Assembly (NCBI GenBank): GCA_020348445.1 | Contig: CP070751.1 | Coordinates: forward strand, 484,594 to 548,593 | Reading direction: 5' to 3' | DNA from: Thermoplasmata archaeon | GTDB lineage: Archaea; Thermoplasmatota; Thermoplasmata; GCA-020350865 | Length of the DNA: 64,000 nucleotides | Part shown: positions 36,294 to 46,153 of the stretch, piece after piece | Layout: every line of letters begins with the position of its first letter | How positions within the stretch are numbered: position 1 is the first letter of the stretch | Made by a program: the position numbers and the translations under genes | Notes under the pieces: generated by a model | Databases searched by the model: none | Seen by the model: only the letters and a program-made list of their open reading frames with translations | Told to the model about the DNA's origin: nothing

Positions 36294-37439
36294 TTACTCG
36301 TCGCCTGAGTTGTTCAGGTCGTCGCAGAGGTCCTTCCAGTACTCGTCGTTTGAGGGATCACCATCAAGAAGTGCTTCTTCCGTGTTTTGGATGACCTCCC
36401 AAAGGCTTGTTTCGTATACGTCGTCATCGTCTAAATCAGCATACTCGTTTCCTGAGACGTAGTTCAACCATACTGCAAGAAGCTGCTGGACAGCCCTGTC
36501 GTACATTGGATGTTTTCCTCTCAGCTCAAGTACAGCGAGTGCATTGTTCATATCTGGATATATTCCCTGTAACTCTGGTATATCGCTGTTTTCTGAAATA
36601 TACTCGCAATATGACAGCAACGTATCATAGTCCACATGGTTGTGGCCTTTTTTGATGGCCAAAGCCGTGCTGAACTGATGCTTCCAAAAACCTATGGTCC
36701 GAATTCCCCATTCCCCTGGTTCCGGTGGTTCCTCGGGACTTATGAGTTCTCCGGTGCAGATCGTAGTGGACTGGAAAGGTCCTGGCGGTCTGTCAGGGAA
36801 AGTCGATGTCTCTTTTTTACAGCCACCACTGCTATCCGGCATAATAATATCGATATGTACGATGATGTCAAAACGCGATTGACATACACCATTGTATTGA
36901 TCGATATAGGGTATCGCCCATTCTGCGCCTGATGCAGTGGATTTGAACATTGTAGAGTAACCATTTGGCATATTGGCACTGTTGCCGTTGTTGTCCTTGA
37001 AATCTATATAACCATCTTGATCCCAGTCTATTCTGACCCAGGCACCTGGATCGCATGTTGGAATAGAATAGCCGGGAAGCGGTTTGATGCCTATATAGAA
37101 ATAGTAACCCTGTTCATCTTCGGGGCCGAAGCCTGTCGGTGGATTGTCTATTCTTGGATTTGGATAGCTTGTCAGATCATCGAACATCATGTAGACCTCG
37201 GCCACTTTTGTGCTTATCGGTTTACCTGTGACATACATGTAGTCTATGAAAGAACCAAGTGGCCATGAAACACCAACCTGCACGACACCATCGATGTTAG
37301 GTGGAGTCGGATATTGGGGTGGTACCCATAAGTTGCCGTCGACAGGCGGCATATCAGGGGGCTTTGGTCCAACCACAGAAAAGATCGATATGAACATCAC
37401 TGCCATTGCGAAGAGTGCTATGTATTTTGTTTTGCTCAT
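36294..37439 (-). CDS. Secreted hypothetical protein (381 aa) with RTIGFWKHQ motif
   Basis: N-terminal signal peptide; GGAGGGAGG RBS; no family recognised. Confidence 0.8.
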   Translation of the reverse strand: MSKTKYIALFAMAVMFISIFSVVGPKPPDMPPVDGNLWVPPQYPTPPNIDGVVQVGVSWPLGSFIDYMYVTGKPISTKVAEVYMMFDDLTSYPNPRIDNPPTGFGPEDEQGYYFYIGIKPLPGYSIPTCDPGAWVRIDWDQDGYIDFKDNNGNSANMPNGYSTMFKSTASGAEWAIPYIDQYNGVCQSRFDIIVHIDIIMPDSSGGCKKETSTFPDRPPGPFQSTTICTGELISPEEPPEPGEWGIRTIGFWKHQFSTALAIKKGHNHVDYDTLLSYCEYISENSDIPELQGIYPDMNNALAVLELRGKHPMYDRAVQQLLAVWLNYVSGNEYADLDDDDVYETSLWEVIQNTEEALLDGDPSNDEYWKDLCDDLNNSGDE

Positions 37440-37593
37440 GTCTATTGCCTCCCTCCTGAGGCTTTGGGTATTTCAAAGTTGGCGTCATATGCTTTTTTCA
37501 GGTTCGCCAATTTTGCCACTTTTCGGGTTTCAACGCGCCCCTCCTTGGCGCTCCAGAGGTTGCATTTGATATGTTAATGTATGTTCATGCCCC

Positions 37594-37612
37594 TATTTAA
37601 ACCTTCGCTTTC
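37594..37612 (-). promoter_or_regulatory. Putative BRE/TATA (TTTAAATA) for the 36294-37439 gene, implying a ~130-nt leader
   Basis: On - strand, purine-rich GAAAGCGAAGG followed by TTTAAATA. Confidence 0.45.
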
Positions 37613-37877
37613 TACTTTAAGAAAAATAAAGTAATGGCCATAAGAATTCCGGATCATTTCGATGAAAGCAATAACAAAGTTAAAAAGAAGAAATCAAGGT
37701 AATAAAAAATTCTTTGGGCAAATCTTTCTAGATTGATTTGTGTTGTGTTACGATCCTTTTTTCATTATCTTTTTTGATAATGAAAAGCTAAGTTTTAAGG
37801 AAGGGAAAATGGTTTTTCCCTAAGTAATTAGTAGAACGTTTATTCCAACTATGTGCGAATAAATAGAGGGGGTTGTC

Positions 37878-38426
37878 TTGCCCGATGAAAAACCCATTAA
37901 ATTGAAGCTTTGTTTACTTGGACCAGGTAATGTTGGAAAGACGAGTTTAATTAAGAAATATGTTTTTGACGAGTTCGATGACAAATACATAAGTACCCTC
38001 GGCACAAAGGTAACAAAGAAAGAAATGACTGTTCAGCATCCGAATAATGGTACGTCCAAGGATATAAACCTGATGATCTGGGACATCATGGGCCAGCAGG
38101 GTTTCCGTCAGTTACTTCAGCAGTCCTATTTTTTTGGAGCCCATGGAATAATGGGTGTGTGTGATGTCACAAAAGAAAACACACTCACAGAACTTCATGA
38201 TTGGATGAGAGCGGCATTTGGTGTGACCAATCAGGTACCCGCCGTGATCCTCGGTAATAAGTGCGACCTTTCTGAGCAACAGGAAATCAATCTGGATGAT
38301 ATGAACAATTTTGCCTCTGTTTATGATAACTCAGTGGCGTACTTATCAAGTGCCAAAACAGGAGAGAACGTTGAGCTTGCCTTCAAACTATTGGCCCAAA
38401 AAATTATAGAAATAGTGTTTGATTAG
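37878..38426 (+). CDS. Rab-like small GTPase (Ras superfamily), 182 aa, TTG start
   Basis: G1 GPGNVGKTS, G2 YISTLG, G3 WDIMGQ, G4 NKCD, G5 SAKTG. Confidence 0.92.
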   Translation: MPDEKPIKLKLCLLGPGNVGKTSLIKKYVFDEFDDKYISTLGTKVTKKEMTVQHPNNGTSKDINLMIWDIMGQQGFRQLLQQSYFFGAHGIMGVCDVTKENTLTELHDWMRAAFGVTNQVPAVILGNKCDLSEQQEINLDDMNNFASVYDNSVAYLSSAKTGENVELAFKLLAQKIIEIVFD

Positions 38427-38583
38427 GACCTGGTAATTAATTGCCTAAAGCCTCTAGGAGGGGAGTCTTCATTTTATGATAGACAAGTTGCGACTATGCT
38501 GTAAGATTTAGGAAAATTATTATGCAAGACAAACACCAAACTCATGAAAGAATGAAATTTCCCAATGCCTATCTTGGTTGTCA

Positions 38584-40065
38584 TCAATAAACCAGATTTT
38601 CAACTACCCATTCACAATCACAGGTTGCATGCATCCAGTATCCCTTGCCTGGTTCCATGTACTCCCAGTCCTCTAGATTTTTTAAGACCTTGGTTGCATT
38701 ATCCTGGTGCATGATAGTATCCACTTCACTTCCAAAAGTAAGATTGTTTAGGGCATCATCTCTCAATCTCTTTATGCTGGAAGGATATCCGACTAGGTTC
38801 CAACCTCGATTTAGTGTGATAATCTGGGAGGAGTTCGGGGATTCTTCATTGAGCGAAAGTTCGGCTCCGTTGGGATCTATTATCTGAATCCAAAAACCCA
38901 TTTTGTTGTCCAAGTCACACAAATCATTCATATGCGACGGTTTTTCTATGTAACAATGTTTCCACGGATCTGAAACATCCGAAGATTTGTAAGCTTGCAC
39001 GGCGCGATACTCAGCGGAAATAGAGCCCAGAACGTATCCCAAGCTAGTATTTGCCACCATATTTGGAAAGGAAATTAGGTTCCAACCTTTCCAAAGGGAT
39101 ATGGGAGAAATCGGGGGGGACGGGATTGAATCATTAACTGTTATCGTATTGAAGGCCTTGTTGTTTCCTTCATCTGTTTCTGATATAAGGTTATCGCAAT
39201 CAACAACAACATAGATATCGTGTTCCCCGGAGGAGCCTGTGGTGTCCCATATTGTATTCACCATTGCAGATTCACCTTGTATCAAAATATGTGGGATCTG
39301 CTGCTCATCTCCTACCTGGAGACCACCTGTATCTGGGTCACCATCAAAGAATTTAATATGTACGGGGTATGCATCTGTTACACCTAAGTTATAGATGGTA
39401 GTGGATATGGTGACCTGTTGCCCTTCATAAGGAAATTCAGGAGAGAACTCTATATCTGTTTCATCCGTAAAAAGTTCCACTGATACAGATGCTCCACCAA
39501 AGTCAGCTGTATAAAGCGCGGAATTGGAATATCCATCCCAGTCTCCCACAAGTATTCCCAAACCTATTTCTTCAAAGTTTGGATTGATAATAATATCCCA
39601 ATGACCTGGACTGTTCTTCCAGGCCGACATACACCATTCTACATCTATCCCCCAAGTATTGTAGGCTATACATTCTCCAATATAGCTGTTTTCATACTCG
39701 GCATAATTTCTAACACGCTCAGAAAAACTGACACCATTGAATTGCCCCTGTTCAGATGATGAATGATCAAAAAAGTCATAGTCTATCATATCCTGGCTGT
39801 GAGCCCTTGCAACCCACCATAAGGTGGTGTTGAGTTTCAAAGGTCCGGCTCCATTGTCAGAGCGGTTCTCGTTGATCTTGTCCAGAAGTTGAAGTTCGGA
39901 AGTTGTGGGTACTATGTTGCCGTATTTTCCAGCCTCTACATTCTGGACTATATTATATGGTGAATAAAAAAATGTAAATAGAAACATCAGTATGATTAAG
40001 ACTACCATTACCGAGTGCTTGAATTTAATTTGTGATTTATCATTTCTTTTTGTGGACATGTTCAC
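38584..40065 (-). CDS. Secreted CAP (SCP/PR-1) domain + CARDB + GWNLxxYP-repeat protein, paralogue 1
   Basis: ARAHSQDMI, GECIA, WKNSPGHWDII CAP motifs; VVVDCDNLISETDEGNN CARDB; two GWNL motifs. Confidence 0.88.
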   Translation of the reverse strand: MNMSTKRNDKSQIKFKHSVMVVLIILMFLFTFFYSPYNIVQNVEAGKYGNIVPTTSELQLLDKINENRSDNGAGPLKLNTTLWWVARAHSQDMIDYDFFDHSSSEQGQFNGVSFSERVRNYAEYENSYIGECIAYNTWGIDVEWCMSAWKNSPGHWDIIINPNFEEIGLGILVGDWDGYSNSALYTADFGGASVSVELFTDETDIEFSPEFPYEGQQVTISTTIYNLGVTDAYPVHIKFFDGDPDTGGLQVGDEQQIPHILIQGESAMVNTIWDTTGSSGEHDIYVVVDCDNLISETDEGNNKAFNTITVNDSIPSPPISPISLWKGWNLISFPNMVANTSLGYVLGSISAEYRAVQAYKSSDVSDPWKHCYIEKPSHMNDLCDLDNKMGFWIQIIDPNGAELSLNEESPNSSQIITLNRGWNLVGYPSSIKRLRDDALNNLTFGSEVDTIMHQDNATKVLKNLEDWEYMEPGKGYWMHATCDCEWVVENLVY

Positions 40066-40335
40066 ATCTTCATTTTTTTAATTTTCCTTTGGTATCTTAG
40101 GGGATTTATAGGAGCCCGAGATTTTTTATCCAAACTATTAATTTATATAAAGCATATTTATTTATAAGTGGTGAGCCAGGGCCCAAATGTGATTATCAAA
40201 AGTGAATCCAGGTTAAATAGAATGAGTTTTTTGACACCAGATTAAGCAATATGCACTTCTTTGAACATATCAAGATTGGTGTTTCTTTAAAATAAAAAAA
40301 ATTACCTCAATGAATGGTGGATATATATGCAAATC

Positions 40336-41805
40336 CTAGTTATTTACCACCCATTCACATTTCTCAGTGGCGAAAATCCAGTATCCTTTCCCTGGTTCCA
40401 TATACTCCAATTCATCCAGGTGTTTGATGACCTTTGTAATATTGTCCTGATATAAGATGGCCTTTACCTCACCTCCAAAATTGAGGTTGTTCAGGGCATC
40501 ATTTCTCAATCTCTTGGTTGTCGAGGGGTACCCTACCAGGTTCCAACCCTCATTCAGTGTGACATTCTGAGGGGAGCTCGGTGCCTCCCCAGGGAGCATT
40601 AGGTCTGCTCCATCTGAATCCACGACATGTACCCAAAATCCTATTCTATTGTCCAAGTTGTACAAATCGTTCATATAAGGAAGCTTTGAGATGTGGTGAT
40701 GTTTCCAAGAATCTGAGGTATCAGAGGAATTGTAGGTCTGCACTGCGTCATACTCACCCGAAATGGAGCTTAGCACATATTCCATGCTCGTGTTTGAGAT
40801 GTTGATGGGGAAGGATACGAGATTCCAACCCAAATCAAGATGAATGGACCATGCAACAGGACTTACGATTATGGTTTTGAAGGCCTTGTTGTTATCCTCA
40901 TTGGTCTCAGAGATGAGCAGGTCATAATCCACAACAACATAGATATCATGACTGCCAACGGACCCTTTGGTGTCCCATATTATATTGACTGTTTCAGATT
41001 CCCCATGAATCAAGATGTGAGAAATCGAATACTCATCACCTATCTGTACCCCCCCGGCATCTGGATCACCATCATAGAATTCAACGTTGACAGGATAGGC
41101 ATCTGTTGTGCCCTGGTTGTAAATTGTTGCAGTGATGATCACATCCTGCCCTTCATACGGGGATGAAGGCTCAAATCCAATATCTGCCCCATCTATTGAG
41201 AGGTCTATTGAAACCGATCCTCCTCCATATACAGCTGTATGAAGCCCGGCATTGGGAGATCCATTCCATTCCCCTTCTAGCAAACCCAGTCCAATCTCAT
41301 GGAAATTGGGATCGATTATAATATCCCAATGAGAGGGGCTGTTCTTCCAACTGGCCATTGTACTCTCAACGTCTATTCCCCAGGTTTTGATGGCCAGGGT
41401 CTCACCAATGTAGGGACTTTCATACTCGGCATAATCGCCAACCCGTTCATAGAAGGTGGCACCAGCAAATGGGCCCTCCTCAGAGGAGGTATGGTTGAAA
41501 AAGTCGTGGTTTATCATATCCTGACTGTGTGCCCTGGCTACCCAGCAAAGGGAGGCATTGAATCTCAGTTCTCCCGCACCATTTGCAGTCCTATTCTCGT
41601 TTATCTTCTCCAATAGCTGAATCTCATATATTGTGGGCACGATATTTCCATACTTTCCTCCAGATACTGGGTGGATAAAATTTACAGATATTGTGAATAT
41701 GGATAAGGACAGAATAAGAAATAGAGAGACAGCAATCAACTTTCGATAAATATATCTCGATATATTCATAAACAATTCTCCCACACACACCAACAGCCTA
41801 ATCAA
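40336..41805 (-). CDS. Secreted CAP + CARDB + GWNL-repeat protein, paralogue 2
   Basis: Collinear with 38584-40065 (GKYGNIVPT, ARAHSQDMI, WKNSPSHWDII, YMEPGKGYW). True start may be the ATG encoding MNISRY. Confidence 0.88.
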   Translation of the reverse strand: MIRLLVCVGELFMNISRYIYRKLIAVSLFLILSLSIFTISVNFIHPVSGGKYGNIVPTIYEIQLLEKINENRTANGAGELRFNASLCWVARAHSQDMINHDFFNHTSSEEGPFAGATFYERVGDYAEYESPYIGETLAIKTWGIDVESTMASWKNSPSHWDIIIDPNFHEIGLGLLEGEWNGSPNAGLHTAVYGGGSVSIDLSIDGADIGFEPSSPYEGQDVIITATIYNQGTTDAYPVNVEFYDGDPDAGGVQIGDEYSISHILIHGESETVNIIWDTKGSVGSHDIYVVVDYDLLISETNEDNNKAFKTIIVSPVAWSIHLDLGWNLVSFPINISNTSMEYVLSSISGEYDAVQTYNSSDTSDSWKHHHISKLPYMNDLYNLDNRIGFWVHVVDSDGADLMLPGEAPSSPQNVTLNEGWNLVGYPSTTKRLRNDALNNLNFGGEVKAILYQDNITKVIKHLDELEYMEPGKGYWIFATEKCEWVVNN

Positions 41806-41893
41806 CTGGGTAACTTCTTTCTATAATAAATAACCTGGGGAGCTCAAATATTTTTCTATTGATTGATAATAAAAATATTAGAAGGTTGTTAAT

Positions 41894-42658
41894 CTATACA
41901 TTCGAAGTTGGAGGTTTGGGTCCCTGGCTCGGTGGTTGCTTCGGAGTTTGCTTCGGGGCTGTTGTTGTAGCGGGTCTAGTTTCCCTTACAGGCCGTCTTC
42001 TAGGGGGTGCCCGAGTAGGTCTTTTTCGCTGCCTCTGGTACATGAGCTGAAAAGCAGCACCCAAACCGAACATAATACCTCCAGCAAGTACCGCATAAGC
42101 CAGTGCAAAATCTCCTCCTACAATGAAATAAACTGCGACACCTATTAGAAATCCTCCTATTGCGGCGAGAAACACGCTCACTATCTCCTCAACAAAGAAT
42201 ATCGCGATTATGAACACTATTACACCAACGACCAGACCTACAATTATGGGAGTATTAAGATCATCTGGATTTGCGGTATAAGTTAGATAGGCTGCCGCAC
42301 CAAAGGCTAAAAGCGCGCAAACCAAAGCAACAGCGGCCTTGGCCAGGTACTGAAACAACATACTACCTATGATGGCAAAGATGAACATCAACCCAAATCC
42401 GCATAAATATCCGCCGATGGCATATCCTATGGCAAAACCGATCATAGAACCGATAATGGCCCCTAAAATAGAGATCATGAACTCCCAAATGATTTCACCG
42501 AAAAAACATAGAAGTAAACCCACTATTAATAATAGAAGCCAAACCCATGTTGGAACACTGGCTATACTGATATCAGAGGTATCGATTCCATAAGGCACAA
42601 ACAGGCCTCCATGATATAGATTATGGATGATTTCATGGTATTTAGATATTATCCCCAT
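41894..42658 (-). CDS. Multi-pass membrane protein, DUF4203-like, with Pro/Arg-rich tail
   Basis: About 6-7 Gly-rich TM helices (GLLLCFFG, GAIIGSMIG, GGFLIG). Confidence 0.75.
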   Translation of the reverse strand: MGIISKYHEIIHNLYHGGLFVPYGIDTSDISIASVPTWVWLLLLIVGLLLCFFGEIIWEFMISILGAIIGSMIGFAIGYAIGGYLCGFGLMFIFAIIGSMLFQYLAKAAVALVCALLAFGAAAYLTYTANPDDLNTPIIVGLVVGVIVFIIAIFFVEEIVSVFLAAIGGFLIGVAVYFIVGGDFALAYAVLAGGIMFGLGAAFQLMYQRQRKRPTRAPPRRRPVRETRPATTTAPKQTPKQPPSQGPKPPTSNV

Positions 42659-42725
42659 ATTACAGAGAAAAAGAATATGCAGATATAGGATATAAAATAT
42701 CCCTGATTAACTGTCCCCAAAACCT

Positions 42726-43586
42726 TTAACCTTTCACCTTTTGAACCATGAAGCGCCGTTTCATTCTGTTTTCTTTTACAATGGTCGATTTTTTGTAGCC
42801 CTGTTCTACTTTAGCCAGCAAGTCTATTACCTTCAATAGACCTTTTTTTGTGGGGTTCCTTATATCCACTCCCGCCTCACTGAATTGCCTTCTTATGATG
42901 GGCATAGCCAACTCCATATTTCCGAAGTTGCTGCAGAAATCATCTATTATCCGATCAGTTGCTAAAACCAGGGTCAACTCCTCCTCCAGGTCTTCCACAT
43001 CCATTCGCCCTTCACCCAGGTCCTCTCTTTCCTCAATGAGTCTGTTACCAAGGGTGAGAAACAAATCCTCGACATTTTCACCTGTCTTTGCGCTGCTTGA
43101 AAAGCATGTTGAGTCATATTTTGATGCTACTTTCTCCAGATCATCCAATGAAAACTGAGCATCCTCGGTCAAATCCGATTTGTTGGCAACAAAAATCAAT
43201 TGAAGCTGGGAAATGTTGTTGCCGAGACTTTTTAACCAGTAGTCCTCTAGGCTCCCCACAGTATCCCTTCTTGTGAAATCGCATACAAAAATTACACCAT
43301 CTGCCCCTTTGAAACTCGCAGTTTGAACGCTTCTGTAATCCTTCTGGCCAAGTACATCCCAAATCATCATTGTAAGATATATAATGTCACCGTTGTTCTT
43401 TATCTCCAATTCTTTCTTTGTGACCTTGGTCCCAATGGTAGCTATGTATTTATCGTCGAATTTGTCCATTACGAACTTTCGAATCAGGCTCGTTTTGCCT
43501 ACAGCCTCATCACCCAAAAGCAGAACCTTTCGCTTGATGTATTTGGATGTGGATTTTTGTGATATTCCACCTGATCGTTTGGACAT
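42726..43586 (-). CDS. Rab-like small GTPase with ~100-aa C-terminal helical extension
   Basis: G1 GDEAVGKTS, G2 YIATIG, G3 WDVLGQ, G4 NKSD, G5 SAKTG. Confidence 0.92.
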   Translation of the reverse strand: MSKRSGGISQKSTSKYIKRKVLLLGDEAVGKTSLIRKFVMDKFDDKYIATIGTKVTKKELEIKNNGDIIYLTMMIWDVLGQKDYRSVQTASFKGADGVIFVCDFTRRDTVGSLEDYWLKSLGNNISQLQLIFVANKSDLTEDAQFSLDDLEKVASKYDSTCFSSSAKTGENVEDLFLTLGNRLIEEREDLGEGRMDVEDLEEELTLVLATDRIIDDFCSNFGNMELAMPIIRRQFSEAGVDIRNPTKKGLLKVIDLLAKVEQGYKKSTIVKENRMKRRFMVQKVKG

Positions 43587-43827
43587 TTGACCATCTCGAG
43601 TATACTGAAGACATTGAATAAGGTTGTATATGGCCTCAAAGAACCTTCTTGTTTCTATATTAGATGATAATGCTGGGGATATTTATATTTTTCTTGCTGA
43701 TTTGCCATAATTTTACAGGTTTTTCCAATACAATGGATTTTTTTCAAAGAGCTTCTGCCGTCACCAGAACCTCCACAAACTTAAAATAGCCAATCGCTAT
43801 TAGCAGGGCAACAGACGGTGATATCAA

Positions 43828-44019
43828 TTGGGAAAAATCAGGCCAACATATATAAAGAGAGTGGCAATCGACCTCGTTAAAAGGTACAACGAGAAATTTA
43901 CCGATGATTTCCAGCATAATAAAAGGATGGTTGCAGAGCTTACTGATGTTGAATCAATTACTATGCGAAACAAGATTGCAGGTTATATCACCCGTTATAG
44001 GAAGAAATATAACGCATAG
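43828..44019 (+). CDS. rps17e: 30S ribosomal protein S17e
   Basis: [22 protein letters not shown] signature; TTG start after GGTGA. Confidence 0.96.
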   Translation: MGKIRPTYIKRVAIDLVKRYNEKFTDDFQHNKRMVAELTDVESITMRNKIAGYITRYRKKYNA

Positions 44020-44033
44020 ATTTTTTTGTTTTA
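44020..44033 (+). terminator. U-rich terminator candidate after rps17e
   Basis: ATTTTTTTGTTTT directly after the TAG. Confidence 0.5.
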
Positions 44034-44200
44034 ATAAAGTAGCTATTACTCCAATAATTAGCCATAATTGATTTATTGTGAGATTTCTTTTCCCAAATCG
44101 TTTGCATTCAAGGGTGAGGGAATCCAGACTTAAATGCTGGCAAATCCCCCTAAAAAGACATATTTATATTCAATGAAATCCATACCCCCTTGGCATTCCT

Positions 44201-44710
44201 ATGAACCGGATCAAGGTAGTGAATGAGGTAGCTGATTTGGTACCATTTTTAAGGGCTGTCAGCACCAATGTGAAAATGAGTGTTTTTAAAGAGGTTTCCG
44301 AGGATTGGCGTACTGGGAAGGAGATTGCCGATAAATATGGCGACGAAGGAAAAAGTTCGCTGAAATTACTTGAAAAAATGAAATTGGTGGAAACACGCTG
44401 GCAACCTCTAGAAGAGGATCCAGGATCGGCTCCGGAGAAGGCCTATCATACATATTACGCATCCTTTAGCATAAACGCCTCTTGCCCTGTTATTGAAATC
44501 AGCGACGTTTTGGCCGTTGCCATGATGAGTGAGAAGGAGTTCAAGAAAAACGAGAAGGAGATATACGAATCTGTTGGTTCAGACGGAAAGTTCGTCGGTG
44601 ATATCGCCGAAGAATTGAATCTTACACCCACGATGCTTAAAAGCTTGATTAAAAGATCTGCGAAACTCGAATACAGGGGGCATAGGGTAGAGAGGTTAGA
44701 GGAAGAGTAA
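44201..44710 (+). CDS. Archaeal ArsR-like winged-helix protein (COG4860-type)
   Basis: R.K.VNE.ADLVP, VETRWQ, PEKAYHTYY pattern typical of this conserved euryarchaeal family; 169 aa. Confidence 0.75.
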   Translation: MNRIKVVNEVADLVPFLRAVSTNVKMSVFKEVSEDWRTGKEIADKYGDEGKSSLKLLEKMKLVETRWQPLEEDPGSAPEKAYHTYYASFSINASCPVIEISDVLAVAMMSEKEFKKNEKEIYESVGSDGKFVGDIAEELNLTPTMLKSLIKRSAKLEYRGHRVERLEEE

Positions 44711-44752
44711 TATCTAGAATAAAATCTAAAATCCGTAGGTTGCGGTGATTAT

Positions 44753-45139
44753 TTGGGAATAACCGATTTGGACTTCGAGAAAAGCTCCCTTTCTTTGCTG
44801 GCAGGTTTTGGCCTTGTTGCCATTGCAGGTTTCTTCTATCTCTTTCTGCGGGATAAACCCGTTGAAATCGTGGCAATAGCATTGGTTGCAATCGTACTTT
44901 CTACCTTGATGATACTTTTCTACCTCTTCGACAAACTCAAGTTCTGTCCAGCATTCATAACTGATAGGAATTCAAATCTTGTAGCAGGGATGCTGTTTGC
45001 TGTTATCTTCCTATTGATAATAGTTACATTCACTGAGATTGTAGATGAGGCCTTTGATGGATTACTGGTCATGGTTCTAACTGCCCTAACCTCGTTTTCA
45101 GTGTTTTTACTGCTCTACTCGCTGATGATGGAAGATTGA
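44753..45139 (+). CDS. Small 4-TM membrane protein
   Basis: Four hydrophobic helices; TTG start after GGTGA. Confidence 0.7.
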   Translation: MGITDLDFEKSSLSLLAGFGLVAIAGFFYLFLRDKPVEIVAIALVAIVLSTLMILFYLFDKLKFCPAFITDRNSNLVAGMLFAVIFLLIIVTFTEIVDEAFDGLLVMVLTALTSFSVFLLLYSLMMED

Positions 45140-45171
45140 GCCCTAAAGAGAAATTACCCTCAAAACATTTT

Positions 45172-45939
45172 TCAATCCCATTTTAGATTCACGCCTGCGT
45201 ATTTCATTCTTTGTAAGGTAGTATCGTAGGGATCGATTCGTTCCTCCTCCAAATTTGTTGCCAGATCAACATCAATTGCAGAGAGTTTATTAAAAAGAGT
45301 TTTTCTTTCCTGGGAGTTCATAATACGCCTATCAGTCATTGCAGCCACATGAAAGCTTAAGTTGGCATCCTTAAGATACTCTATTCCTCGATATGGCAGG
45401 TCGATGCTCTCTTTTTTGGCACCTGTTCGCCTTTCAAATCCTTCGGGTGTTCCCGCTTTCAGGGAAACCCTGATATGAGGTTTTGTGAATCGGCTCAATT
45501 CCTCTACATAGGTTTTGTCTGCCCCAAAAAGTATACCATTGGTTTCCAGAATGAATATGCCGAATTCTGATTTCTCCACAAGGTTTAGCAGGGCAAGAAG
45601 GTGCTTTCTTCCCAGTGTGGGCTCTGCACCTGATATCCTCAACTTTCTAACACCAAACTTGTAAGCGGCTCTTTTCAGGTTCTCGAACGTTTGCGATGCA
45701 GTATAAAACTCCCCAAATTTCTCTGGAAAATCCCTTGAAGGGTCCACCCAGCAGTAGTAACACCGAAGACAACATCCCACAGTATAGCCCGTGGCAATGC
45801 CTCCATAAACACCAGTGGCATAGAAATCGGTGTACTTTCTTGCATCATCCCTGCATACGATTTTCTCGGTCTCTTTGGCAAGTTCCACTGGATCGTATGG
45901 CTCAAGGGATTTGGATAGTAGTCGGGGATATTGCTTCAT
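45172..45939 (-). CDS. Radical SAM protein (COG5014-like, function unknown)
   Basis: CxxxCxxC = CCLRCYYC; ISGAEPT; ETNG. Confidence 0.88.
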   Translation of the reverse strand: MKQYPRLLSKSLEPYDPVELAKETEKIVCRDDARKYTDFYATGVYGGIATGYTVGCCLRCYYCWVDPSRDFPEKFGEFYTASQTFENLKRAAYKFGVRKLRISGAEPTLGRKHLLALLNLVEKSEFGIFILETNGILFGADKTYVEELSRFTKPHIRVSLKAGTPEGFERRTGAKKESIDLPYRGIEYLKDANLSFHVAAMTDRRIMNSQERKTLFNKLSAIDVDLATNLEEERIDPYDTTLQRMKYAGVNLKWD

Positions 45940-46153
45940 ATGGCTTGGTTATCATATTCCACGTTTTTATAATCTATGTAAAAAATGTAGTAAAAATAGC
46001 AAAAGCATTGTATTGCCTCGATATAATCGATAAAAATCAATTATAGGTTATTTGGATGCGGGATGGTGTTTACCTACCAAGGTATAAATAGGGGTGTTGG
46101 GCATATTCCCATCGATAGTATTAAAAGGATAATCCACTTACTGTCTGATTCCT

